A DNA stretch of 64,000 bases, taken from a virus. Made by a program: the position numbers and the translations under genes. The notes below the pieces were generated by a model. The model made no database searches and had not been told where the DNA came from. It saw nothing but the letters and a program-made list of their open reading frames with translations. Of the stretch, positions 1-10,142 are shown one piece after another. Position 1 is the stretch's first letter, and every line of letters starts with the position of its first letter. The stretch is taken from IMG/VR virus record IMGVR_UViG_3300044816_000011, positions 4,154 to 68,153 of that record; one strand, 5' to 3'.

Positions 1-1
1 G

Positions 2-61
2 GGATCACCGTTAGTAAACGTCAAAAAATCGTACGAAGCGATTCCCATTCCGAAGGATTAG
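2..61 (+). CDS. 3' end of a head-module gene, truncated by the window start (...VKKSYEAIPIPKD*)
   Basis: Frame 2 is open from the window start to TAG at 59-61, directly upstream of the head genes; translated by hand. Confidence 0.5.
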   Translation, partial: GSPLVNVKKSYEAIPIPKD

Positions 62-72
62 AGATCAGCGCC

Positions 73-198
73 GTGACGTTTGTATTGTGCGCGAACTGTG
101 AAAAGCGCCCGCATATGCTTGCGCACGTTCTTTGTCGAACGTGCTTTGTAGAATGTGGTGGCTATCACGTTGAAAGTTTGACAATCGTATCCGAGTAG
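73..198 (+). CDS. small CxxC...CxxC zinc-finger-like protein (41 aa)
   Basis: Hand-translated GTG..TAG: VTFVLCANCEKRPHMLAHVLCRTCFVECGG...; below the ORF track cutoff. Confidence 0.35.
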   Translation: MTFVLCANCEKRPHMLAHVLCRTCFVECGGYHVESLTIVSE

Positions 199-299
199 TG
201 GTTAACTCCGTTCACACCTTGGGCTCGGGTCCAAGTATGAGTTTTTAAGGTTCGACCGGCTCCGGTAGCGCGTGACGACCTCCGATCAGGAGTCTCGTC

Positions 300-908
300 G
301 TGGCAAATAGTTTCGCCCCCTACGGCTTCAGCCAACGCCGAGGCACCGGTTCTTCCCCGACCTACGAACAGGTCCCGGGAACCATCAATTACAACACGGC
401 GAATATCTTCTACGGCGATCCCGTATTTCGCCTGTCCGCCGATGGCACGCTTGCCGGTATTACCACGGGCCCGGGTCCTGGTACGACCGCCATTGCTGGC
501 ATTTTCGTCGGCTGCAAATATACCTCCGTCGCGCAGAAGCGCACCACGTGGTCTAACTACTGGCCCGGTTCCGATGTCGCCAGCACGAACACAGTCGAGG
601 GCTATATCGTCAACGATCCCGCCGCGCAGTTCGATGCGCAGGTCGGTACATCGACTTCAACTGGCGTTGTCGCCGCGAACATCGGACTCAACTGTCAGTT
701 CGCCTACGGTACGGGCAATACGGCGAACGGCATCTCGGGCGCCTACATTGATATCAGCGTCGCACCGGCAACCACGAATACGTTTCCATTTCGCATCGTC
801 GGACTCGTACTAGATCCGCCTGGCTCGCCAGGCACGCAAACGGGGGCCAATAACAAGGTTATCGTGGCATTCAACAACGTCGAAACCAAGCAACTTTTGG
901 CGGTATAA
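300..908 (+). CDS. capsid decoration/cement-like virion protein
   Basis: AGGAG RBS before GTG; beta-rich G/T/A composition; lies 3 nt upstream of the major capsid gene. Confidence 0.65.
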   Translation: MANSFAPYGFSQRRGTGSSPTYEQVPGTINYNTANIFYGDPVFRLSADGTLAGITTGPGPGTTAIAGIFVGCKYTSVAQKRTTWSNYWPGSDVASTNTVEGYIVNDPAAQFDAQVGTSTSTGVVAANIGLNCQFAYGTGNTANGISGAYIDISVAPATTNTFPFRIVGLVLDPPGSPGTQTGANNKVIVAFNNVETKQLLAV

Positions 909-911
909 GTC

Positions 912-1826
912 ATGGCCATTAACCTAAGTGCGATCAAAGACCTCCTCCTTCCCGGCCTGCGCGGAATCGAAGGAAAGTACGAGATGATCCCCGCCCAGGC
1001 CGACAAGGTCTTCACGAAGTTCGATTCGAAACTCGCCCTCGAGCGTACCGCTGAAATGCGCTACCTAGGACTTGCGCAGTTGAAGTCCGAAGGCGGTCAA
1101 ACGTCATTCGACAACAATGCCGGTGAACGGTATGTGTTCAACCAGGAGCATATCGAACTAGGCTTGGGCTACGCGATCACCCGCAAGGCGATTGATGACA
1201 ACCTGTACAAGACGCAGTTTCACCCGTCGAACCTGGGGTTGATCGAATCATTCACGCAATCGCGCGAGATTTACGGCGCGAACGTGCTGAACACGGCGAC
1301 GACCTACAATGCGAATGTCGGCGGCGATGGTGTCGCGCTGTGCTCTGCGGTGCATCCGATTGACGGTGCGACGTATGCGAATACGCCGACGACTCAGGTT
1401 GACCTCAATGAAGCGACCTTGCTGAACGCGCAGATTTCGATCCGCACGAACTTCAGGGACCAGGCGGGCCTCAAGGTATTCGCTCGCGGCCGCAAGTTGA
1501 TTCTCCCGCCGCAGTTGGAGCCGGTCGGTATTCGTCTCACGAAAACCGAACTGCGACCTGGCACGGCAGACAACGACGTGAATGCGATACTCTCGACCGC
1601 TGGCGGAATCCCCGAAGGCTACATGGTCATGGACTTCCTGACCTCGAACTTCGCGTGGTTCATGCTGACGAATATCGCGGGATTGGCGTTTATGAACCGC
1701 ATCCCGTTTGAAACGGATATGCAGGTGGATTTTGTGACTGATAATTTGTTAACGAAAGGCTACCAGCGCTTCAGCTACAATTATTTTAACCCCCGCGCAA
1801 TCTATGGATCCTTCCCGACGTCGTAA
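912..1826 (+). CDS. major capsid protein (Mu gpT-like family)
   Basis: N-terminal MAINLSAIKDLLLPGL, central GDGVALCSAVHP and C-terminal RFSYNYFNPRAIYGS match the pattern of this MCP family; 304 aa; head-module position. Confidence 0.85.
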   Translation: MAINLSAIKDLLLPGLRGIEGKYEMIPAQADKVFTKFDSKLALERTAEMRYLGLAQLKSEGGQTSFDNNAGERYVFNQEHIELGLGYAITRKAIDDNLYKTQFHPSNLGLIESFTQSREIYGANVLNTATTYNANVGGDGVALCSAVHPIDGATYANTPTTQVDLNEATLLNAQISIRTNFRDQAGLKVFARGRKLILPPQLEPVGIRLTKTELRPGTADNDVNAILSTAGGIPEGYMVMDFLTSNFAWFMLTNIAGLAFMNRIPFETDMQVDFVTDNLLTKGYQRFSYNYFNPRAIYGSFPTS

Positions 1827-1842
1827 CAGGAGGTAAATAGCA

Positions 1843-2421
1843 ATGGCATATCTTCCTGGCACAGGCGGCGTATATCCGGATATCTCCGGGGGCCAGCTCA
1901 CGCAGTTGAATGGTGATCCGGTCTTCCCGGCGACGATGTTCACCGGTCCCCTGCTGGCCGGCAACGTCCAGGCAAGCGATGGGACGAATACGCTCGCGGG
2001 ATTGGGCAGCCAGACGGGCACTGCGAACGCGGGATACTGTGTTATGGCGCAATCCTGCGTCATCAACCAGGCGACGAACAACGGTGTAGCCGGTCAGTTC
2101 GCATGTCCCATCGTGATTCCGGCGCAGAGTCAGATTTTGCGCATGACGCTGATGGTGACGACTGCTTTCAGCGGCACCGCGACGACATTGGGTATCGGCT
2201 CGAGTGCGCTCGCGACGGCCTTCACGGCGGCGAATGCCGTTGTTACATCGGGCGCCCTGGGATCGGTAGCGATCACGCCTGGAACGGTTGCGGCGGCTAT
2301 CGGCCGCTGGGACAATGTGGGCAATCAAGACGTGCAGATTGTGGTTTTGTCCACGAATACCGGGGCGGGCGTCGGTACGCTTACAGTTGAATATATCCAA
2401 GGCATCAACCTGGCATCCTGA
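1843..2421 (+). CDS. virion structural protein (post-capsid)
   Basis: AGGAGG RBS; IPAQSQIL and GVGTLTVEYIQ beta-sandwich pattern typical of genes following such MCPs. Confidence 0.6.
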   Translation: MAYLPGTGGVYPDISGGQLTQLNGDPVFPATMFTGPLLAGNVQASDGTNTLAGLGSQTGTANAGYCVMAQSCVINQATNNGVAGQFACPIVIPAQSQILRMTLMVTTAFSGTATTLGIGSSALATAFTAANAVVTSGALGSVAITPGTVAAAIGRWDNVGNQDVQIVVLSTNTGAGVGTLTVEYIQGINLAS

Positions 2422-2432
2422 GGAATTAGTTT

Positions 2433-2735
2433 ATGAAAGGCAAGCGAGCACACAGAGAAGCCGGTGGCGTCAACGAAGCTGCGGAAGATATCAAGGAAAA
2501 GCCTGAGAATCGCAACGCGCCAAACAAGGTCGCCAAAGAAGCCGAAGAACTGAAGAAAGGCGGTCGGGCGAAGCGCAAAGAAGGCGGTAAGGTGCATGGC
2601 GAGATGGCCAAACATCACGCAGGCCGCAAGCCGCGCAAAGCTGGCGGTCGCGCTGGATCGGATCAGAATCCGTTCACGAGCGCTCGCAAAGGTACGGCAC
2701 CGAAGGGGCATACGACCGAGGCGGCGAGCGAGTAA
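2433..2735 (+). CDS. small basic protein with four xxxGG motifs; putative internal/DNA-binding head protein
   Basis: GAGGA RBS; K/R/E-rich; REAGG, LKKGG, RKEGG, RKAGG. Confidence 0.6.
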   Translation: MKGKRAHREAGGVNEAAEDIKEKPENRNAPNKVAKEAEELKKGGRAKRKEGGKVHGEMAKHHAGRKPRKAGGRAGSDQNPFTSARKGTAPKGHTTEAASE

Positions 2736-2762
2736 CGAGTTTTCGTGTAAGGTTTTCGCGAT

Positions 2763-2791
2763 ACGGGGCCTCGCGGGTCCCGTTTTCGTTT
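2763..2791 (+). terminator. rho-independent terminator after the capsid operon
   Basis: ACGGGGCC-tcgcg-GGTCCCGT stem followed by TTTCGTTT. Confidence 0.65.
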
Positions 2792-2806
2792 AAGGAACTC
2801 AAGAAT

Positions 2807-3445
2807 ATGCGTCCCATCACAGTCACTGTAGGACCCTTGGCCGCAGCCAGCGCGAATAACATCGCGCTCTCGCAGACTCCGACGAATATCGTTACATTGA
2901 ATGGTTCGCTGGCCTCTGGCGGCATTGCGACGCTCGATTCGCCGCGACGTGTATTAATTACAACGGCCGATACGACGCATACGTTCACGATTACCGGTAC
3001 GACGCCAACCGGTTCCGTGATAAGTGAATCGTTCCTGGTGGTCGCCGGATCCAGTTATTCGACCCTGGATTATGCGACGGTGACGTCGATTACGCTCAAC
3101 GGACTTGCGACTGCTGCCGTTACTGTTGGCACGAACGGGATTGCAAGCACGCCCTGGGTGCGCCTCGACGAATGGGCGAATACGCAGGTGTCGATTCAGT
3201 GCGATGTGACGGGAACGGTTAACTACACCGTTCAATCGACTTTGGACGATCCGAATAGCCCGACGAATCCGATAGTCCCCTCGGCGGTCAACTGGATGCC
3301 GACGAATGATCCGGTAGGGGTTGGCGCGACGACTGCGATACAGACGAATTTCATGTTCTCCCCCACATTCGCACAAGTGATCCTCAACAGTGGGTCCGGT
3401 AGCGTGAGGGCCATATTCATCCAAGCTAACGTGGCAAACCGATGA
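2807..3445 (+). CDS. virion structural protein
   Basis: AAGGA RBS; T/V-rich beta protein; NYTVQSTLDDP motif; ATGA coupling to the next gene. Confidence 0.6.
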   Translation: MRPITVTVGPLAAASANNIALSQTPTNIVTLNGSLASGGIATLDSPRRVLITTADTTHTFTITGTTPTGSVISESFLVVAGSSYSTLDYATVTSITLNGLATAAVTVGTNGIASTPWVRLDEWANTQVSIQCDVTGTVNYTVQSTLDDPNSPTNPIVPSAVNWMPTNDPVGVGATTAIQTNFMFSPTFAQVILNSGSGSVRAIFIQANVANR

Positions 3446-5544
3446 GCGGCGGCTTAGCCTACGTTTCGGGAGGAGGCGCAGTGGGTGCAGGAGCAGCAAT
3501 TGCAGCGGCGGGCGGTACGGCGACCTCTGGAACCGTCCTATTCTCGAACAGTAACGGTGTGTCATTTGGCCTAGCAGGCAGTGTCCTGACCGCTTCGATA
3601 CTGGCAGGTCCCGCAGCGGGGATTGGCGGTATCTCAGCCGGCACGCAGTTGCAAACAAGCGGCAGCCTTCTGTTCTCGAATTTGAACGGCGTCACGTTCG
3701 GGATGACGAACTCGTCGGTTCTCACGGCGAGCGTGGCCGCGCAGACATCCTTAAGTTATTCGAATTTGAACGGCGTGTCTTTCGGTATTGTTGGATCGAC
3801 TCTAACGGCTTCAGTGGCCGGCGGCGGCGCGGGATCGGTGAATTTTAGTGCGGGTACGACGAGCGGAAATCTCGGATCCGTTGTATTTGGCAACGCAAAC
3901 GGCGTGTCGTTCGGCCTGAATGGCTCAACGCTAACCGGATCTATTGCCGCGCAATCGGTGCAGACGCAGAGTGTCCACAACGTAACGCTGGCTGGCAATA
4001 CCAGCGGCGCGCTCGCGCTGATTTCGTCGGGTGTCATGACGATTGCTGGCGGCAATAACATCACGGTTTCTCAAGCGGGAAATGCGTTTACGATCTCTGG
4101 CGCTAATGCGGGCGGTGCGCAGACCGGTATCAGCGGGATGCAGGTCAGCAATACGACCTATACGGCTGGTACGGTTATTTTTCAGAATGCGAACGGTATC
4201 TCCTTCGGATCAAGCGGCGCCAATGGTATCAGCGCGTCGTACACAGTACCCACCCAGTCGAATCAGTCGATTGGGTTCATCGGTGGCAGCAATACGACGC
4301 TGACCTCTAGCGGCACGCTGGACGCTCGATCGCTGTATATCAATGGGATTGGAAATATAACTGTAGGATACTCGGCGGGTTCAGTCCTCCTATCGGCGGC
4401 GACCGCGGCTGGGCTTACCACTGGCGGCGCCTATGTCGCAGGCAATACAACTGGTCAGTCCTCATCTAGCACGTATAACCTGACGAACTTCAACGTTTCG
4501 GCCGCTGGCATCATCTCCGTCGGCTGGTCGTCGAACTCACTGATTTTCTCCTCTCCAGCTACGACTGGAGTCTCTCAGTCGATGTATGCGACTGGTAATA
4601 CGACACAGAGCACGTCTGGTAGCGCGGCTCTTGGGAGTCTGCTGTTTAATTTCCTGGGAGGCATCTCTGGCGGCGTAACTGCCGGATCGGTCGTCATATC
4701 CGGACCTACTGGCGGTGGCGGTGGAGTCGCGATTTCGGCAGGCACCAATTCGACCTCGACTGGCACGGTTCAGTTCAGCAATGCCAATAACGTTAGCTTT
4801 GGCATGAACACGACCGGCGTCATCACGGCATCGGTACCATCCCTCTCGACGCTGTCAGGCACTGGTCTCGTTTCGATATCGACGAATGGTTCGACGATCA
4901 GCATTGGGGCGGCCATACCGCAGATGTCGTTCTTCCAGCCCCTGCCAATGCTGAATACGACCGTCACGCAACAGGGTAACGGCAGCATCGCGGTATATCC
5001 GGCGCTACATCCTATGCCGTTTACGGCGAGTCGCGCCGATATGATGGCGTCGATATCAGTAGCCGCCTTGGCGCTATCGACCGAGGCACAGGCGCTAAGT
5101 TTCTATGTGGGCCTGTATTCTCTGAATGGATCGACGCTATCGCTAGCCTCAAGCGGTTCGCAGTCCTATCAGTGGACAAACTCCAGCAACGGTTCGGATG
5201 CGTCGATCTCTGGCATGCGTCGGTTCTCTGCGCCGATCAACGTGAACTATACGGGCGGATTTGATCTTTTTGTCGCGATGATGAGTAACACGACATTTAG
5301 CAATACGAATGGCGCGTCGATCAGTAACGTTGGTGTGCCAATCGGGCCGAACATCCAATTGCGCGGTCTCGTCGGTCAGGTCGCAGCGAACAGCATGCAG
5401 TTCGTTCCTGGTCAGGGTATCTACTCGACGACGTCTGCCGGGTTGCCTGCCTCGATTGGTCTCTCGCAGATATCCGGCGCAGGATCTGCTGGCGTTGGTC
5501 CAGACAACTTTGTACCGATACAGTTTCTGAATGTGAGTGCGTAA
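3442..5544 (+). CDS. Gly/Ser/Thr-rich fibre/adhesin-like protein with FxNxNGVSFG repeats
   Basis: About six copies of VxFSNxNGVSFGxxGSxLTAS; almost no charged residues. Confidence 0.6.
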   Translation: MSGGLAYVSGGGAVGAGAAIAAAGGTATSGTVLFSNSNGVSFGLAGSVLTASILAGPAAGIGGISAGTQLQTSGSLLFSNLNGVTFGMTNSSVLTASVAAQTSLSYSNLNGVSFGIVGSTLTASVAGGGAGSVNFSAGTTSGNLGSVVFGNANGVSFGLNGSTLTGSIAAQSVQTQSVHNVTLAGNTSGALALISSGVMTIAGGNNITVSQAGNAFTISGANAGGAQTGISGMQVSNTTYTAGTVIFQNANGISFGSSGANGISASYTVPTQSNQSIGFIGGSNTTLTSSGTLDARSLYINGIGNITVGYSAGSVLLSAATAAGLTTGGAYVAGNTTGQSSSSTYNLTNFNVSAAGIISVGWSSNSLIFSSPATTGVSQSMYATGNTTQSTSGSAALGSLLFNFLGGISGGVTAGSVVISGPTGGGGGVAISAGTNSTSTGTVQFSNANNVSFGMNTTGVITASVPSLSTLSGTGLVSISTNGSTISIGAAIPQMSFFQPLPMLNTTVTQQGNGSIAVYPALHPMPFTASRADMMASISVAALALSTEAQALSFYVGLYSLNGSTLSLASSGSQSYQWTNSSNGSDASISGMRRFSAPINVNYTGGFDLFVAMMSNTTFSNTNGASISNVGVPIGPNIQLRGLVGQVAANSMQFVPGQGIYSTTSAGLPASIGLSQISGAGSAGVGPDNFVPIQFLNVSA

Positions 5545-6821
5545 TGGCCCACATAGCGATGGTGGCCGGAAAGATAGTGAATATCGGCGGCGGGGTATTC
5601 TCGCCTGATGGTGGAGGCGGGAGCGGGGCGCCGTCGGCTCCCTCCGCGGTGATGCTCACCAACCAGGGTGGCACCAATCCGGTGAACGCTGGCGGGTCTT
5701 CGCCGGGGACCAATTCACAGACGATCGTATGGACTGCGGCAACTGCCGGAAGCCACTCTATTGATCATTACAAGATCTACCGCAATGGATCGGCGTACGA
5801 TACAACCGCAAATTCTACGACGTTCACCTATACCGATACCGCGGCTACGAATGCAAACGACGCATTACCCGGAAGCCTTGCGGATGGTGTGAGTTTCAGA
5901 GGTCCAAAGACCCCATACATGTACACGGTGTCGGCTGTGGATACGGTGAGTGCCGAAGGGCCCCAGAGCACGGATCTGACATTCATAGAATATGCGAGCG
6001 GTACGGATTACTTCGGCGAGGTAGATTTCAAAGAGGTTGGTACTGGCGGCTCTATTAATTACACCTCGACCGCAGTCAGTCATGCAGGCTCTACATCTGT
6101 CATGGCGATTACTGCGACGGGAACAGCTGGGTACACTCAGATACAGCCCTCGGCGTCTGGGCCGGCGGTACCGATTTACTCGTTTGAAACCGGCGCTTTC
6201 TGCGGACTTAACGACGGTTATCTGCAATTCGACCTGTATCCGACGAAAGCCAGTCAAGTATTCGTTGTTGGATTCGTCTCGCGTGTATACATCCCATCGG
6301 AAGGCAAGACGGACGATTTCTACAATTATGCAGGATGTATCATCGGGAGCGCATCAGACGGCAATGCTTACGGCCAAGCGGGCGGCGCGCAGATATTAGG
6401 CGGTGCCCCCTATGGCCCAGTGCCGATGGTGCAAAATGCATGGAATCACTTCAAGATTCGTTTGCATGATATGGGAATGGGAATTACAACATTCCAAGGA
6501 TATATATCAGGAACGACATTAACCGTTACAACCGCCCCCACAGGCGGGTTTCAGGTAGTGGCTACTGCATGGTTTAGTGCCGCCGGAGCAACAACGGACT
6601 ACATCACGGGAGCTGGTCCGTCTGTGAATCTAGGTACGTCAGGCCGAGGCGGCACTGGCACCTATTCTGTGAACGTATCGCAAACGGTAGGCTCTTCAGG
6701 TTCTCCAGTTACATTCACCTTGCAGAGAACCGACATGTACAAATGGTCCCTTGGAGACCTGGTCTACGGCAGTACCACAAATCTCTGGTACATGGACAAC
6801 ATCAAGTGGACTGTCTTGTGA
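5544..6821 (+). CDS. FN3-like plus carbohydrate-binding-like virion protein (paralogue of 36257..37828)
   Basis: YKIYRNG...YTD...YTVSAVD FN3 pattern; C-terminal WNHFKI and WYMDNI motifs. Confidence 0.6.
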   Translation: MAHIAMVAGKIVNIGGGVFSPDGGGGSGAPSAPSAVMLTNQGGTNPVNAGGSSPGTNSQTIVWTAATAGSHSIDHYKIYRNGSAYDTTANSTTFTYTDTAATNANDALPGSLADGVSFRGPKTPYMYTVSAVDTVSAEGPQSTDLTFIEYASGTDYFGEVDFKEVGTGGSINYTSTAVSHAGSTSVMAITATGTAGYTQIQPSASGPAVPIYSFETGAFCGLNDGYLQFDLYPTKASQVFVVGFVSRVYIPSEGKTDDFYNYAGCIIGSASDGNAYGQAGGAQILGGAPYGPVPMVQNAWNHFKIRLHDMGMGITTFQGYISGTTLTVTTAPTGGFQVVATAWFSAAGATTDYITGAGPSVNLGTSGRGGTGTYSVNVSQTVGSSGSPVTFTLQRTDMYKWSLGDLVYGSTTNLWYMDNIKWTVL

Positions 6822-6831
6822 TGGACTCGTA

Positions 6832-7611
6832 ATGGCTTACGCATTCGTCCAAAAAGGCATGGGGTACGCAGCAGGTACCAATATTGCCTCCTGCGTCACT
6901 GGCACTGGCACAGGCTCAGGTCAGGCGGCACTTTCTAATCAGACGGCCGGACATTGTCTTGTTGCAATGGTGGGCGCTACCAGTGCAAAGGCCACGGCTG
7001 GCACGATCACTCTGACCGATACCTTGGGCAATACATGGGTGCCTGATACGACGGGGGTTAACTTTCAAAGCGGCGGAGGCGGTGGGTTCGTCGTTCCGTT
7101 CTACTGCCTCAATTGCTTGGGTGGCGCAAACCAGGTCACTGCGACCGATAGCGCGCCCACGGGCAATACGATCCTGGAAATCACCGTGGTTGAATTGTCG
7201 GGGATTGCGACGTTAAGCGCCTACGCGGGATCGAAGACGTCGTTTACCGGAGTAGCGGTGACGACGGCCAATGCGATTAGCACGGGCAACTTTACGCCAA
7301 CCGGACAACCGGGGGCGCTCGTCGGATTCTCTTTCGGCGTCTCCTACACGACGACCTATCCGATCACTGAGGGCACAAGCCCGAATGCATTTACAAATCG
7401 AGGATTCGATACTGGTCCCAGTGGATCTCCGCAGACATCATCTACTCCGCTAGGCGTGCTGACTGAGGACGCCAGGGTGACATCGACGTCTGCCACATCG
7501 GCAACCGCAACCTCGACGATTGCATCAAACCAGGGTTACTTCATGTACGGCATCCTCTTGCTGGAGGGTGCCGGATCTTCGAATACAGCCACGGTGGCTT
7601 GGATACTATGA
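6832..7611 (+). CDS. Thr/Gly-rich virion or surface protein
   Basis: In-frame ATG at 6832 just after the upstream stop; GHCLVAMV..TLTDTLGNTW pattern of phage fibre-associated domains. Confidence 0.5.
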   Translation: MAYAFVQKGMGYAAGTNIASCVTGTGTGSGQAALSNQTAGHCLVAMVGATSAKATAGTITLTDTLGNTWVPDTTGVNFQSGGGGGFVVPFYCLNCLGGANQVTATDSAPTGNTILEITVVELSGIATLSAYAGSKTSFTGVAVTTANAISTGNFTPTGQPGALVGFSFGVSYTTTYPITEGTSPNAFTNRGFDTGPSGSPQTSSTPLGVLTEDARVTSTSATSATATSTIASNQGYFMYGILLLEGAGSSNTATVAWIL

Positions 7612-8339
7612 AACCAGAACTTATCGTGACCGACCTGGGCGGCCTGCACAATCAGGATGTCGGCAATTCTCGAGCCCGCCTTATCAAGGGCGGCACGTGG
7701 AAGAAACAGCGCATCGTCGTCGTACTCCCATCCGCTGATCTCATCCCGGCAAAGGTGGCCCTATCGCACTGGAATCTCGCCTTTCCGCCAAATAATGGCG
7801 TCGTTCGCATACTGGCGCAAGGGATGGAGGTGGGCGATGCATATTCGTCTGCCATCGAGCAAATCATGGCGCATCCAGAGTTATCGACGTGGGAATACCT
7901 GCTGACGATTGAGCACGACAATGCACCTCCCGGAGATGGGATCCTAAAACTAGTCGCGCAGATGGAACAACATCCGGAATTGGCCTGCATCGGTGGCCTC
8001 TATTTCACGAAGGGCGAGGGCGGATGTGCTCAGATATGGGGCGACGCGCGAGATCCTATCTTAAATTTCAGGCCGCAGTTGCCCGATCCGAACGGCGGTT
8101 TAGTGGAGTGTTGTGGAACCGGCATGGGGTTTAATTTGTTTCGCCTATCGATGTTCAAGGATGATCGACTGCGCAAACCGTGGTTCAAGACTGAGACGGC
8201 ATCGGGTATCTCGACGCAGGATCTGTATGCATGGACTGATTTTCGTAAGAACGGATATCGCTGCGCCATAGATTGCTCTGTGAAAGTAGGTCATTATGAC
8301 TACGCAGGACACTTTGGCCCTGCGGATATGATGTGGTAA
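7608..8339 (+). CDS. GT-A fold (GT2-like) glycosyltransferase
   Basis: YLLTIEHD (DxD-equivalent), GGLYF, GTGMGFNLF, QDLY, D..VKVGH motifs. Confidence 0.75.
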   Translation: MKPELIVTDLGGLHNQDVGNSRARLIKGGTWKKQRIVVVLPSADLIPAKVALSHWNLAFPPNNGVVRILAQGMEVGDAYSSAIEQIMAHPELSTWEYLLTIEHDNAPPGDGILKLVAQMEQHPELACIGGLYFTKGEGGCAQIWGDARDPILNFRPQLPDPNGGLVECCGTGMGFNLFRLSMFKDDRLRKPWFKTETASGISTQDLYAWTDFRKNGYRCAIDCSVKVGHYDYAGHFGPADMMW

Positions 8340-8345
8340 GGGACT

Positions 8346-8942
8346 ATGACTAAAAAAATCGTGAGTAAGGCTAAGTCGATGCAAGCAGCGCCGTCTATTC
8401 AGGAGGCCGTCCCATTGAAGATCGATCTCGGTTCCGGTCGCAATAAGCGTGAGGGATTTCTCGGTATTGATCGACGCCAATTCCCAGAAGTAGATCAAGT
8501 GGTCGATCTCATGGGAAAATGGCCGTGGGACGATAACTCGGTGGATGAAGCCAACATGTCGCACTCGCTGGAGCATTTTAGCGGGATGGAGCGCATTCAT
8601 ATATTCAACGAACTGTATCGCGTGCTGAAACCAGGATCTAAGTGCTCAATCGTAGTTCCGTCCTGGAGCAGTGGACGAGCCTACGGCGATCCGACGCACA
8701 AATGGCCGCCAGTCTCTGAGATGGCATTCAACTACTTATCGAAGGAATGGCGCAGGACTCAGGCTCCCGATACCGATATCGAATGGAATCCAGAGGGATT
8801 CAGTTGCGATTTCGACATCGTCGGCGGCTATGGAATGCATCAGCAGGTGATGTCATGGAACCAAGAACGACAGATGTTCGCGATCACGTTCTACAAAGAG
8901 GCAGCCCAAGATATCCACATGTCGATAACCAAGCGAGCGTAA
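8346..8942 (+). CDS. class I SAM-dependent methyltransferase (Methyltransf_11-like)
   Basis: IDLGSG motif I; WPWDDNSVD; SHSLEH; ELYRVLKPG; DPTH. Confidence 0.85.
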   Translation: MTKKIVSKAKSMQAAPSIQEAVPLKIDLGSGRNKREGFLGIDRRQFPEVDQVVDLMGKWPWDDNSVDEANMSHSLEHFSGMERIHIFNELYRVLKPGSKCSIVVPSWSSGRAYGDPTHKWPPVSEMAFNYLSKEWRRTQAPDTDIEWNPEGFSCDFDIVGGYGMHQQVMSWNQERQMFAITFYKEAAQDIHMSITKRA

Positions 8943-8953
8943 CGAGGATCGTT

Positions 8954-9235
8954 GTGAACAACACACGGCCAGCGGCAGGTACTGAAGAAGTTTACCGTTA
9001 TTGGGAAAAAGAAATGGAGCGACGACGACGTGAGGAAGACAGAGACGAGCAACAAGGCCATGGAGGAATTTACAACGGTTCGACAAAACTCATTACATCA
9101 TTGCTTGCATTGATGAACATTCTAACGGCAGCAGCGATTGTGGGCGGCGTGGTCATGTACGGACGAGTGACGGCATTGGATCAAAAAGTTGATCTAATCA
9201 TTACGGGTCATATCAGAATCGCCAATGGCCCCTGA
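8954..9235 (+). CDS. small single-TM protein
   Basis: GAGGA RBS before GTG at 8954; hydrophobic LITSLLALMNILTAAAIVGGVVMY. Confidence 0.5.
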   Translation: MNNTRPAAGTEEVYRYWEKEMERRRREEDRDEQQGHGGIYNGSTKLITSLLALMNILTAAAIVGGVVMYGRVTALDQKVDLIITGHIRIANGP

Positions 9236-9578
9236 TCATATTGCCAATCAGTCTCCCGGTTCTTCCCACGCACAGGCTCACAATGGGTCAGCGGTGGTGC
9301 AGGTACGGTTAGGTCTTGAGAGTTCGACGATAGCGATCGTGACTTCGCTCGTATTGATTATTGGAGCATGCGGAGCGGTCATGGGACTGAATCTAGCGAG
9401 GCAGCATAGTTTAGAGGATGCATTTTTAAAGCTTGATCGTCAGTATCGCATGACTGAATTGAAACTTGATGATTGGACCGTGGTCGCACATCGATCAGGG
9501 ATGGTTCTACCGGGTGACTACACTCGAGGGCCGCAGGGAAATTTGGATTTTGAATCGTTTAAATCTAAGGGGAAATAG
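9225..9578 (+). CDS. single-TM coiled-coil protein
   Basis: Hydrophobic IAIVTSLVLIIGACGAVMGL then helical segment; overlaps the upstream stop. Confidence 0.5.
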   Translation: MAPDHIANQSPGSSHAQAHNGSAVVQVRLGLESSTIAIVTSLVLIIGACGAVMGLNLARQHSLEDAFLKLDRQYRMTELKLDDWTVVAHRSGMVLPGDYTRGPQGNLDFESFKSKGK

Positions 9579-9579
9579 C

Positions 9580-9771
9580 ATGGGTGCGGGCGGAATAATT
9601 CATCAGAACGCGATATTGAAGTCGGCGATCAATGATCCAAGTATCTTGAGCGTACTATCTCCGTATTGCCAAGCAAAGGCCATTGCAATCAATGCTAAGG
9701 GACTAGCGGATTGGACCGATGCTGATCGTTGTTTCGTAGCATCGATGATCGTTGTGGCAGTACATGCCTAA
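9580..9771 (+). CDS. hypothetical protein
   Basis: ATG 1 nt after the upstream stop; TAATG coupling to the next gene. Confidence 0.45.
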   Translation: MGAGGIIHQNAILKSAINDPSILSVLSPYCQAKAIAINAKGLADWTDADRCFVASMIVVAVHA

Positions 9772-10142
9772 TGAGTTGCGATACTGGAACCTACAATCTT
9801 TGCATCAATCAAGGTGCAACGCTTAACCTGATCTTCTTATGGACAGCGGGACAGTGTTGCGGCGCGGTTGGTGGCGGTCCGGTTCCAGTCGATCTCACGG
9901 GCTATACAGCCTCAATGCAAATTCGGGCGTATCCGCTAGCGACGCCGATTCTCTATGACGCCAGTTCAGACATCACACTAGGTGGCGTCGCAGGCACGAT
10001 TACGCTATTGATTCCGGCCGCCGATACAGCGACGTTTACTTGGTGGGTTGGCGTCTATGATCTCAAACTCACCAGTTCGAGCGGCGTTGTCACACGACTC
10101 CTCGAAGGCAGCGTAGCGGTATCCCCCGAGGTGACGGTATGA
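9771..10142 (+). CDS. fibre-anchoring/BppU-N-like Ig-fold protein
   Basis: [10 protein letters not shown]...[14 protein letters not shown]...GVYDL...VTRLLEG.V.VSPEVT family pattern; ATGA coupling to the collagen fibre gene. Confidence 0.7.
   Translation: MSCDTGTYNLCINQGATLNLIFLWTAGQCCGAVGGGPVPVDLTGYTASMQIRAYPLATPILYDASSDITLGGVAGTITLLIPAADTATFTWWVGVYDLKLTSSSGVVTRLLEGSVAVSPEVTV

Noticed and set aside
178-207. sigma70 promoter for the capsid operon (TTGACA at 178)
   Set aside because: No convincing -10 hexamer at 16-18 nt spacing
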